A DNA stretch of 63,642 nt, filler included, from Octopus bimaculoides (taxonomy: Eukaryota): NCBI RefSeq assembly GCF_001194135.2. It is 8 parts of 8 records of this genome, joined end to end, with 100 filler letters (N's around TTAATTAATTAA, not from the genome) between each part and the next. Parts side by side here need not be neighbours in the genome. Positions count along the whole stretch, not along the records: positions 1 to 12,904 come from NC_069006.1; 7 more parts are not named here. One strand, written 5' to 3'. The position numbers were made by a program, and so were the translations under genes. How positions within the stretch are numbered: the first letter of the stretch is position 1; the number at the start of each line of letters is the position of its first letter. Shown here piece by piece: positions 1 to 10,764 of the stretch. A model generated the notes under the pieces. That model made no database searches. It worked only from the letters and a program-made list of their open reading frames with translations, and was not told the DNA's origin.

Positions 1-399
1 ATTTTAGGGAATGAATTTTCTTAAAGCAATAGGTATCTATAAAACATATAGTTTATATCCATTTAATAGAAAAAAATAATTGTTTATTATTAACAACAAA
101 TTGGTCGTCTTTGCTTCATACAGCTGTTTCAATTAATGCTCAATAATTTAATTAGAAATTTGTACATTAAATTTACATTTATGTGACATGAGTATAATTT
201 CATCAGAGGAAAAAGACATAACTTTGGATGTTATATGTGGGCTTATCAATTTATTTTAGCATGACCAATTTGCTGTTAATAATAGACAATTCTTAACTTC
301 CTCATCTCCATTTTCTTTTCTCCTTTATATATATATATATATATAGATATATACACACACACACACACATCTAGACACATATATATCAGGGTATCAGAC

Positions 400-625
400 A
401 TTTTGTTGTTATACACCACTGGTTACAATGCACCTCTACACACAGTTGTAGCTGTTGAACGATAGCCCCCTGCTGCCAAGGTGGACGAAGCCAACATTCC
501 CCACTCCTGCCGAATAGAATAATGCTATTCCATCACAGGTCTACCCCTTTGCAACTGAGTGGACTGGGGTTCAGGTGAAAGAAAGTGTTTTGCTTGAATT
601 CACAAGCATCCAGGGTATTGAAACA
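400..625 (-). mobile_element. Degenerate tRNA-derived SINE remnant
   Basis: Segment gcaactgagtggactgg...aagtgttttgcttgaattcacaag...ggtattgaaac resembles the SINE at 31505-31840 in the same orientation. Confidence 0.35.
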
Positions 626-810
626 TTAATCTAGTGACATGGAGTACAATATTCTAACCATTAAGATGTATGTCTTAAGAAACACACACACAAAAACAGT
701 TCTTGGCTTCCAGGATACACTAATCCCTCGACTATCATAGGTGTTACATTCCAAAAACCCCTGTAATAGGTGAAAATCCAGAAAGCAGAAACAGTACTGT
801 ACTGTATATA

Positions 811-1222
811 TCTCTTTTACTCTTTTACCTGTTTCAGTCATTTGACTGCGGCCATGCTGGAGCACAGCCTTCAGTCGAGCAAATCGACCCCAGGACTTAT
901 TCTTTGGAAGCCTAGTACTTATTCTATCGGTCTCTTTGCTGAACCGCTAAGTTACGGGGACGTAAACACACCAGCATCGGTTGTCAAGCGATGTTGGGGG
1001 GACAAACACAGACACACAAACACACACATACATACACGTATCTATATATATATATATACGACGGGCTTCTTTCAGTTTCTGTCTACCAAATCCACTCACA
1101 AGGCTTTGGTTGGCCCAAGGCTATAATAGAAGACACTTGCCCAAGGTGCCACACAGTGGGAGTGAACCCGGAACCATGTGGTTGGTAAGCAAGCTACTTA
1201 CCACACAGCCACTCCTGCACCT
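811..1222 (-). mobile_element. tRNA-derived CORE-type SINE (family A)
   Basis: Minus strand begins GCAGGAGTGGCTGTGTGGTAAG (A box)...GGTTCACTCCC (B box), then a CCTTGGGCAAGTG core, an internal (TA)/(CA) tract and a ctgaaacaggtaaaagagtaaaaga tail; close copy at 58506-58915. Confidence 0.9.
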
Positions 1223-2235
1223 ATATATGTATATTTTTTTTATCATTTCTNNNNNNNNNNNNNNNNNNNNNNNNNNNNNNNNNNNNNNNNNNNNNNNNNN
1301 NNNNNNNNNNNNNNNNNNNNNNNNNNNNNNNNNNNNNNNNNNNNNNNNNNNNNNNNNNNNNNNNNNNNNNNNNNNNNNNNNNNNNNNNNNNNNNNNNNNN
1401 NNNNNNNNNNNNNNNNNNNNNNNNNNNNNNNNNNNNNNNNNNNNNNNNNNNNNNNNNNNNNNNNNNNNNNNNNNNNNNNNNNNNNNNNNNNNNNNNNNNN
1501 NNNNNNNNNNNNNNNNNNNNNNNNNNNNNNNNNNNNNNNNNNNNNNNNNNNNNNNNNNNNNNNNNNNNNNNNNNNNNNNNNNNNNNNNNNNNNNNNNNNN
1601 NNNNNNNNNNNNNNNNNNNNNNNNNNNNNNNNNNNNNNNNNNNNNNNNNNNNNNNNNNNNNNNNNNNNNNNNNNNNNNNNNNNNNNNNNNNNNNNNNNNN
1701 NNNNNNNNNNNNNNNNNNNNNNNNNNNNNNNNNNNNNNNNNNNNNNNNNNNNNNNNNNNNNNNNNNNNNNNNNNNNNNNNNNNNNNNNNNNNNNNNNNNN
1801 NNNNNNNNNNNNNNNNNNNNNNNNNNNNNNNNNNNNNNNNNNNNNNNNNNNNNNNNNNNNNNNNNNNNNNNNNNNNNNNTCTATACCCAAAAGCCGAAAC
1901 CTGGTTTGTGGATATCCCTAATTGCATAATATTTTTATTTGTGCTGTTAGATGTTTTAATTCTTTCTGGTTTCCTCACATACTGTTTTTCTCTGTTATAT
2001 TGGTGCGCTACGGTGGATTAATTTAAGACTTAGCTTTTATTTCTAGCAGGTAGATGCTTGTTAAGCATCATCACACTTCGTGCAAATTTATAATTCATAG
2101 CTGTTTAAAGCTATTATAACTGTGATCCACCTATGTCACTACTGGTGATATCATCAAATTTAGAATTTATCCATAGATGATATGAACAGTAGTAACAGCT
2201 AACTTCAAATCTCAGTGTTTGAATGTTTCATTTAC

Positions 2236-2266
<31 letters not shown>

Positions 2267-2799
2267 TATAGAGCAAGAAGGAATGGAATGTCATAATACT
2301 TTGAAGGAATGAATGAAGAACAAAATTAATTACTATGATGGCCATTTATTAAAGATATAAAAGTGTTAATCATTACGATATATAAGAAATACTCAAGATT
2401 CTTTAGTTGTTTGTGAGTACAAAATTTATTTGTAGATGTCCATTCTGTATAATTGTTTGCTACATCTGTGTGGCTGCTAATGAGAAAGTCAGAATAAAAG
2501 GAATGTGTGCAGATATGTCCATCACAGAAAAAAGTTAAGCAAAAGAACTTCAGAAAGGTAATAATGAAAAATATTTATGCTACTAAAATATATTTTAGTC
2601 AGATTAAACCTTATATTTCCTTACTTTCCATAAAACAACAATTTATTATTGTCTCTGATTTTAGGATATTTAAAGCAGTTGGTGCCATTGTTAGTTGTAC
2701 CACGAGTTAATTGGCTTTTAGTATATAATGAAATGTTAATTTATCAGTTAAAACGCCAAGATTCACAAAAGTTTTTCTCTGCAATAAACTTGTAATCTT

Positions 2800-4967
2800 A
2801 GCTCTTTTCTTCTATCAGCTTTCCAAATTCAAACATTGAACATTTCCTTACTTTTAATGAAAGAATCCCAGAATTCATGGAAAACTCTTCTTTCAATAAT
2901 GCAATCAAAGCCTAGGTACATTTGATGTCATCCATCTCATTAACAATTATAAAAAAATTTCGACGAGACTTGATGGATATTTTGGTAGCATTTCCTCTTT
3001 CTTAGAAGATATGTTTTTAGACTTCCATTAAAAAATGTCTTGTCTTTATCACGGGAAACTTTAATATCAAAATAACTGAATCTATTTTCTGGTATTGGAA
3101 TATTTGTTTAATGAATTTAGAATAAACGATACATCCCAGTCTGGATTATTTCTTGAAAATTGTTTGTAGAATATTTTGTATTGATTCTCACCTCCCAGAA
3201 TAAATCTTTTCCTTTAGTTTATTTTTTCTTCCCATGACTTCCTATTTCTAACAGTGCTTCCTGATTGGAAATTTCCATCAATGAAAATATTGAACGTTTC
3301 CTCACTTTTGAAGAAATCTTCTATGAATTCATGCAAGAACTTTTTTTTCAATATTCTAAAGACAGGTTTGGAAATCTGAGCATCACCAAAACTTGCAGGT
3401 TTTGTGTCAGAATAAAAAACATAACCATTATCATTATTCCCATCAACAATTATCAAAAATGTGATGATGCCTGGTGGAAATTTTGGTAAGAGCTCTTTTT
3501 CAATACGAGGCAAAATTGTTTTCAGACTTTCATTCGTAATGTTGTTATAATATTCATCACATTCAACAATAATATCAAAATAACTGAATTTATTTGGAGG
3601 TACAGAAGCAATTTCCTCCATTAATTTGGTTAGAGAGCTTAAAATAAGTGATACATCCCAGTCTAGATTACTTCCTTCAAAATGTTCGTGTAANNNNNNN
3701 NNNNNNNNNNNNNNNNNNNNNNNNNNNNNNNNNNNNNNNNNNNNNNNNNNNNNNNNNNNNNNNNNNNNNNNNNNNNNNNNNNNNNNNNNNNNNNNNNNNN
3801 NNNNNNNNNNNNNNNNNNNNNNNNNNNNNNNNNNNNNNNNNNNNNNNNNNNNNNNNNNNNNNNNNNNNNNNNNNNNNNNNNNNNNNNNNNNNNNNNNNNN
3901 NNNNNNNNNNNNNNNNNNNNNNNNNNNNNNNNNNNNNNNNNNNNNNNNNNNNNNNNNNNNNNNNNNNNNNNNNNNNNNNNNNNNNNNNNNNNNNNNNNNN
4001 NNNNNNNNNNNNNNNNNNNNNNNNNNNNNNNNNNNNNNNNNNNNNNNNNNNNNNNNNNNNNNNNNNNNNNNNNNNNNNNNNNNNNNNNNNNNNNNNNNNN
4101 NNNNNNNNNNNNNNNNNNNNNNNNNNNNNNNNNNNNNNNNNNNNNNNNNNNNNNNNNNNNNNNNNNNNNNNNNNNNNNNNNNNNNNNNNNNNNNNNNNNN
4201 NNNNNNNNNCCATCAACAATTATCAAAAATGTGATGATGCCTGGTGGAAATTTTGGTAAGAGCTCTTTTTCAATACGAGGCAAAATTGTTTTCAGACTTT
4301 CATTCGTAATGTTGTTATAATATTCATCACATTCAACAATAATATCAAAATAACTGAATTTATTTGGAGGTACAGAAGCAATTTCCTCCATTAATTTGGT
4401 TAGAGAGCTTAAAATAAGTGATACATCCCAGTCTGGATTACTTCCTGAAAAACATTCACGTAACATTTCGTCTTCGGTCAAACCTGCCAGAATAAATACT
4501 TTCCTTTTGTCTGTTTTTCCTTCCCATGGCTTCCTTTTCATAAAATGGCTTTCCAAATGGAATTTTCCATCAATGAAAATATTGAACATTTTGTCGTGTA
4601 TGAAGAAATCTTCTATGAATTCATGCAAGAAGTTTTTTTCAATATTCTAAAGACAGGTTTGGAAATCTGAGCATCACCAAAACTCACGGGTTTTGTGTCA
4701 GAATGAAAAACATATCCATTATCATCATTCCCATCAACAATTATCAAAAATGTGATGATGCTTGGCAGAAATATTGGTAAGAGCTCTTTTTCAATACGAG
4801 GTATCATTGTTTTCAGACTTTCATAAGTAATGTCATTAAATTGATCATCACATAAAACAATAACATCGAAAAAACTGAATTTCTTTCGAGGTATAGAAGC
4901 AAGGTCATCCTTTAATTTACTTACAGAGCCTAAAGGAGTTGATACATCCCAGTCTGGATTACTTCCT
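2800..4967 (-). pseudogene. Tandem repeat units 2-5 of the CARD-repeat gene (~520-bp units), disabled by frameshifts and stops, with a 517-N gap
   Basis: Motifs GSNPDWDVS, FDIIVECD, ITFLIIVD and KPVFRILKK recur. The catc(a/t)acaattatc anchor lies at 5252, 4732, 4211 and 3441. There is a 2-nt deletion at ~4976, a 1-nt deletion in the A-run at ~4635, TAA at 3214-3216 and a degenerate last unit (RKRFILGGENQYKIFYKQFSRNNPDWDVSFIL). Confidence 0.8.
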
Positions 4968-5852
4968 TCAAGATGTTTGTAATTTTTCGTCTTGTTCAAT
5001 TCCTCCCAGAATAAATATTTTCCTTTTGTCCGTTGTTTCTTCTACCGGTTTCCTATCTACGAGACTTTTTTCTGATAGGAATTTTTTATCAATGTAAATA
5101 TTGAACGTTTCCTCACTTTTTAAGAAAGCTTTTATGAATTGATGCAAGAAGTTTTTTTTCAATATTCTAAAGACAGGTTTGGGAAACTTAGCATCACCAA
5201 AACTCACAGGTTTTGTGTCAGAATGAAAAATATAACCATTATCATCATTCTCATCTACAATTATCAAAAATGTGATGATGCCTGGTGGAAATTTTGGTAA
5301 GTGTTCTTTTTCAATACTAGGCAAAATTGTTTTCAGACTTTCATTCGTAATATTATTATAATCTTCATCACATTCAACAATAATATCAAAATAACTGTAA
5401 GTATTTTCTGGTATGGAAGCAAGTTCATCCTTTAATTTGCTTACAGAGCCTAAAAGAGTTGATACATCCCAGTCTGGATTACTTCCTGAAAAACATTCAA
5501 GTAATATTTGGTATTGATTGTTACCTTGCAAAATAATTACTTTCCGTTTGATTCTTGTTTGTGGCATTGGTCTTCCTTGTTCAATTTTTTTCTCCATTTC
5601 CTTTTGGTATACTTTCGCTAACACTTTGTTACCAGTTTTGGAAAGTATGTCCATGAATATTCTAGGAGAGCAGTCTCTTTTTTTTAAAACTGTCAACATT
5701 TCTCGAATTTTGTTGCTATCTTTAGTTTGTGATGTTATAGCTTCATAATTTGCAGATGTAATATGCTTACCAGACAGTAAAGCATCCAGAACCTCATTGA
5801 TTAGAGTAAGTTCGTCGACAGTTTGCGACGGAAGTTTCATATAAACATCCAT
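4968..5852 (-). CDS. CARD-like death-fold domain plus one complete ~174-aa alpha/beta repeat domain (294 aa; the frame stays open upstream to 5915)
   Basis: Intact complex ORF. N-terminus DELTLINEVLDALLSGKHITSANYEAITSQTKDSNKIREMLTVLKKRDCSPRIFMDILSKTGNKVLAK fits the six-helix CARD pattern. In-frame TAG at 5916-5918 upstream. The stop comes from a frameshift at the start of unit 2. Confidence 0.7.
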   Translation of the reverse strand: MDVYMKLPSQTVDELTLINEVLDALLSGKHITSANYEAITSQTKDSNKIREMLTVLKKRDCSPRIFMDILSKTGNKVLAKVYQKEMEKKIEQGRPMPQTRIKRKVIILQGNNQYQILLECFSGSNPDWDVSTLLGSVSKLKDELASIPENTYSYFDIIVECDEDYNNITNESLKTILPSIEKEHLPKFPPGIITFLIIVDENDDNGYIFHSDTKPVSFGDAKFPKPVFRILKKNFLHQFIKAFLKSEETFNIYIDKKFLSEKSLVDRKPVEETTDKRKIFILGGIEQDEKLQTS

Positions 5853-6029
5853 CTTTGTAAATGATGTAATGTCGATGAAATAATCGTCAAGAAATGAATA
5901 TCGTTGTTTTACTTCCTAGTTTCAAGATTAAATTCTGTTTTCACTATTTAGTTTGTGATTTCCTTCCTTCTCTCTCTCCATTTTTGTATGTTTATGTGTC
6001 ACTGATTTCCTCACTTTGAGTATCTGTAT

Positions 6030-6360
6030 ATGAATAAGTTAAGGCCAAATGGTTAGTGGAAGGGAGAGATATAGAGAAAGAGTGTTAAGAATAGAATGTT
6101 GGGCAGGGGAGTAATGTTCAGGTGGTGAGGTTAGAGAAAGGAGGTCAATTTTATTGAGAGTGAGAGGCAGAGAAATGGAGAGAGAAGAGGATCTATTGCC
6201 AATTGATGCATTAGGCTGTGTCATATAGTAAGGAGAAGTGAGAGGTGAAGAGAAAGAGAGAAATGAGAATGACAGAGAGAGAGGGGAATTACATGGTTCA
6301 AATTGTTTGTTGAAGAGAGAAGAAAAATGAGAGAGAAATATAGTGTTGAGGTGAGGGAAA
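6030..6360. repeat. GA-rich low-complexity tract
   Basis: Purine-rich gagaga/gaga-type sequence with no complex ORF. Confidence 0.6.
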
Positions 6361-6562
6361 TTTTAAACATCATGTACTATTGTGACTGACAAGAAAATAA
6401 CATTTCAATATTCAATTTATCTTTCCTACTCTATGTCGATTGATTTATCTATCTATCCACATTGACCACTACATCGATGGCTGGATGGAAGAAAGAAGAC
6501 TTCTATATAATAAGAAACCGAAAGCAGATAAATTTCCTTCAGATTTCTCTTATTTTCTTTTA

Positions 6563-8230
6563 TTAAATTCGAGAAGCAAGCAGTTGTAGCCTGGACAGGA
6601 TTACATGGGCAAAGGTCTTTCCAACAGTGCTGAGAAGAGATATTCCACGGTAATTGTTGCAATCACGATGGTCACCTTTGTTTTTGTAAAGCGTAATGAT
6701 GTTAGCATCCCGCATATCCTGAGGGACTGTACCCTCTTCCCAGCACTGACACAGAATCTCATGAAGGTGCTGAAGCAGGCTGGCTTTGATGATCTCTGAG
6801 GGGATACCATCTTTTTCCAGAGCCTTGCCACTGGCTAGGGAGTCAATAGCCTTGGTAAGCTCTGTTATGGACGGCAGACTGTCATGTTCGCACATGGGTG
6901 GCAAGGTCTTGACAGCCTTGATTTCAGCTTCAGCGACCTTGGTCTCCCATGACTAGAGATCCTGGTAGTACTCCACCCATCTATCCATTTGCTTGCTTTG
7001 GTCTTTGATGAGATCTCCAGTAGTTGATTTCAGAGGGGCTGACTTGGTTGCGGATGGGCCGAGGGCCTTTTTCAAACTGGAATACATCCTGCGGGTGTTG
7101 CCACTGTCAGCAGCTGACTGGATACTCTGACAGATTTCCTGCCAATATCTATTTGCCAGTGTCTGGCAGTCAGTTGGATTTTACTTCTTGCCTTTATGAG
7201 TTCTACAAGTTGTCTTTGTAGAAGAATCACTCTTGTATTGCATCAGAGCTGTGCGCTTTGTTTCGATAACTGCTTCCATCTCTGCGAGTCCGGCACTGAA
7301 CCAGTCTGGGTTATACCTTTCACTCATGCCAAAAGTATCTATTGATGTGGTATACAAAGCTTCCTGGATATAATTCCACCTACTTTCAGCAGAGGAGGAT
7401 GGGCAGCCTTGATAGAAACAGTGAAACATTTCCACTGTGTAGGGTCCAAGATTCTGGTAGTGTTAATGTATGGTCGGCCCATTTTCTTGGAGTGATGGAC
7501 TTTCTCAGGCAGAACGCTCACCCCTTGTGGCTTCAACCCTGAGTAGGTCATCAGATATGCCAGGGCACATGTTCCTGACGTTCCAGCTTGCTAATCGCAA
7601 GACTGGTGGTTTTTTTGGTCTTTTGATTGTTTGCCTGGTGCAGAGGTTGCAGACAGCTTTTCGAGTCAAACTCTTAGCTCCAAGCACCCAATGAAGCAGA
7701 CAGCCTGTGGCAGGTCAGTACCTTATTAACCAGGAGCTACCAGCTTGAGGTGGGCAGTAACTGACCAGTGGGACACAAGGGTCCCTCCCACCGTCAGAGA
7801 TAACCCGTAGCACCCATATCCAACACCAGTCAGGATGGACTTATCACTTGTGACTGTTACCTCCCTGGTTTTTCTGCCACTTTTTACAGCAGCACTGAAG
7901 TGTCCTCTCCAGTTTTGCGCAGGCCTGGGCTAGATGTAAGAAAATCCTGGGTAGCCCAATCATCAGGATTCCTCTCTTGACTTTATTGACGTAGTCTAAA
8001 GGAGTGCAGAGCATTACATTTAGCACCAGCTTGGTTGCAGGAGCTGCCGCAAGAATGTCGAGTTGAACACTAATCCGCCTATGGGACTCCACTCCTGATT
8101 TCTTTGAAGGTTGTCTCCTCTCCGTAACCCTGGATAGGGGCCCGTACCGGGTACATCAGCCGGAACCAGCTGAGTTCGGGACTTGTGTCAGGCAGGATCA
8201 TCACTCCCTCAAGTAATGAAGAAAATCACT
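6563..8230 (-). mobile_element. RTE-clade (BovB-like) LINE, 5' part: 5'UTR, endonuclease start (internally deleted), linker and start of RT
   Basis: LRLASWNVRNM (APE start); KALEKDGIPSEI...DMRDANIITLYKNKGDHRDCNNYRGISLLSTVGKTFAHVILSRL (RT domains 0-2); stops and frameshifts. Confidence 0.9.
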
Positions 8231-8524
8231 ACCCACTACCATAGGTAGAAATAGTCTTTATGTATTTATTCAACTTGAAGATAGAAAAGAACTTTTCAGG
8301 GTTTTTTTTAAAGAAGATGCTGTGTGTCAGAATTGGGAGAGAGACCCTAATTGTTTATCTTTTTATTCTGTCATGTGGCAACTCAGTTGAAACCCTATTT
8401 ATAACCAATTCTTCATTTATGTAGCTCGGGCATCCTTGTTTTTTTAGTTGCAGTTGGAGTTTAGGCAGGAAGTCAACGAGATCACTCATTATTTCTACCT
8501 ATTTTCTTCTCACCTGATGTAATC

Positions 8525-8675
8525 ATTATCATCTTTTAGCATCCGCATTCCATGCTGGCATGGGTTGGACAGTCTGACTGAGGGCTGGCAAGCAAAGAGG
8601 CTGTGCCAGGCTCCATTGTGTTCTAGCAAGGTTTCTACAGTTGGATGCCCTTTCTTAATGCTAGCCACTAACTCT
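8525..8675 (-). mobile_element. 3' tail fragment of the LINE/SINE family seen at 49860-50192
   Basis: Reverse complement of ...gcatccagctgtagaaac...ccaacccatgc(t/c)agcatggaa.gcgga.g.taaa.gatgat. Confidence 0.7.
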
Positions 8676-8676
8676 A

Positions 8677-9420
8677 ACCCTATCCCTTGATGCCGAGCTC
8701 AATATACGCATTGGCAAGGCAGCTGCTGTGATGGCCCAACTCTCCAAACGGGCATGGGACAACAACAAGCTGACCAAAACCACAAAAATGAACATTTACC
8801 AGGCATGTGTACTTAGCACTCTACTGTATGGCAGTGAGACCTGGACGCCATACACATGCCAAGGGCGACGCCTGAATATCTTTCGCCTGCACTGCCTCCA
8901 GAAAATCCTTGGCATGAAATGGCAGGATCATGTCCCTAACAAAGATGTTCTCAAGTAGGCAGGAATACCAAGAATATTTGCACTCCTCACACAAAGACGT
9001 ATGAGATGGCTTGGACATGTTAGTCGTATGGTAGATGGCAGAATTTCCAAGGACATACTCTACAGAGAGCATGCTAGGGGCACTAGGTCTGTTAGAAGAC
9101 TGTTGTTACAGTACAAGGATGTCTACAAAAGGGACATGAAGGCCTGTGACATCAATATTAGCAACTGGGAAGCAGCAGCCAGCAACTGGGAAGCAGCAGC
9201 CAGCAACCGTGGAGATTGGCAACACATCATAGATGAGGGAACACAAAGGAGTGACAGAGGGAGAGAGGAGAAATGGAAAGACTAGAAAAGACAACAAGAA
9301 ACTATGACATTACAACCAGCCAGGCAAAGTCTTCGCTACATCTGCATCTGCTGCCAGAGGGAGTGTTTGTCCAGGACTACACAGCCATGGAGGATGTTGG
9401 TGTTGTAGTCAATCCATTTG
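8677..9420 (+). mobile_element. RTE-clade LINE, 3' part (post-RT thumb region to the end)
   Basis: LSLDAELNIRIGKAAAVMAQLSKRAW...QACVLSTLLYGSETWTPY...RMRWLGHVSRMVDGRISKDILY; 21-bp tandem duplication (SNWEAAA x2) at ~9161-9207. Confidence 0.9.
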
Positions 9421-9557
9421 ATTCCGTGTTGCATTTGATTTGTGTTTGCTTCATGTGGGTCTTGTTTAAATTGTTGAAGTTCAACCGCACCTGACTGTTG
9501 TATTACTGAATTGTTACATTTATTGTTATCTGTGAATTTTTATTTTCTTCCCCATTT

Positions 9558-10764
9558 ATGGATGAAGTTGTGAATAAGAACATTATGGAAAGTCAACCAG
9601 TTCCAGTAAGCAGTTATAGTGCAGTGACTGAGAAACATCTAACGGCAGATGTCTTGAAAGTGAGAGAAATTCAACTGAACGAAACGAATTTTAAGAAATG
9701 TAATGAATTGTTATGAAAAGAAGGAGACAGCCTGAGGTACTCTTCATGAGTGAACAATAAGTGATAAAACACACCACTATGCCCTTGAGATCAACTGAGC
9801 GGGTACTACTACCAACCTACTGTGGCAAATATGCGGCCAGAGTGAGGATTGATAGAGTGCCACCAGAAATTGACGAGGCATGGCTGGTGGCAGCCATCCT
9901 CTATAATACAAAAGAGGAAACTAAAATATTTAAAATCACAAGAACTACGGAGGTAAACTGTTAGGGATACAGCCTTGAGGTGTCGGTCCACATCAGTTTA
10001 CCAGACCTCCACAAAATTGCAGAGGAATTGGTGTTGCCGAACGAAACGATGGTGAGAGTTGTAGTGGAAGGAAGACCTCCCGTATGCTATCAATGTAGAG
10101 TACGGGGACACATGAAAGCTAAGTGTCCCCAGAAACATGAAGAGGAGGTGTTAGAGAAAAAACAACAAGAAGTTTCAATTGTAGAAGAACAAAGTATGGA
10201 AGAACAGTATACAGTGGTGAAGAAGAAGGGGATTAACGTGGACTCACCACCAAAAAGTCCTAGGAAGAAAAGAAAAGGAAATGGAGACGCAGAGAGAAAA
10301 ATGAAAGGCCAACAAAAGTAAGTAATGGGGTTGAGGAGTGAAGACAGAAACCTTTACCAACAATCGGCAAGGAGGAGAAAGTACAGAAGAAAAAGGAAGA
10401 CAAAAGAGAAATGATAACAATAAGGAATGAGAGACATACAGAGATAAAAATACCAGCAAAAGAAGAGATTGGTGAAGAAAATCAGAGAGAGACACCGAAA
10501 GGAAAACAAGTAAGAGATATGATACATTACACAAAAAGTGTACAGATAGAGAAAAAGATTGTGAAAACGAAGAATGTAATTAGAATTAGTTTGTCATCCA
10601 ACGAGAAAAATTTAAGTTTGAAAGCTGTTCTGCTGGAAAGTGAGAGAGGAGAAAGGTTAAAGAAATTGTTTGGTGAAAAGTTAGAAGTGACACCAGTACA
10701 GTATCATTTTGATAAATTGCCGCTGGTGGTGGCATTTGAAGATTTAACAGAGTATTTGGTGTAA
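9558..10764 (+). mobile_element. Disrupted gag/ORF1-like nucleic-acid-binding ORF (RRM-like region plus CCHC knuckle) of a non-LTR retroelement
   Basis: CYQCRVRGHMKAKC = CX2CX4HX4C; RVRIDRVPPEIDEAWL and VRVVVEGRPPVC motifs; in-frame TAG at 9962-9964; frameshift near 9720; basic, charged low-complexity tail. Confidence 0.75.

Noticed and set aside
4625-4642. Programmed -1 frameshift at the A-run in repeat unit 2
   Set aside because: Translation already stops upstream at 4968, the other units have the 8-A version, and no stimulatory structure is evident; a simple indel is more likely.
6470-6545. Possible hammerhead remnant (ctggatgg...ccgaaagc)
   Set aside because: The core and helices are too degenerate to fold convincingly.
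9161-9207. CRISPR-like or functional short direct repeats (also 60440-60497, 49840-50030)
   Set aside because: Eukaryotic context, only two or three adjacent copies, no unique spacers and no cas genes; these are slippage duplications within TEs.
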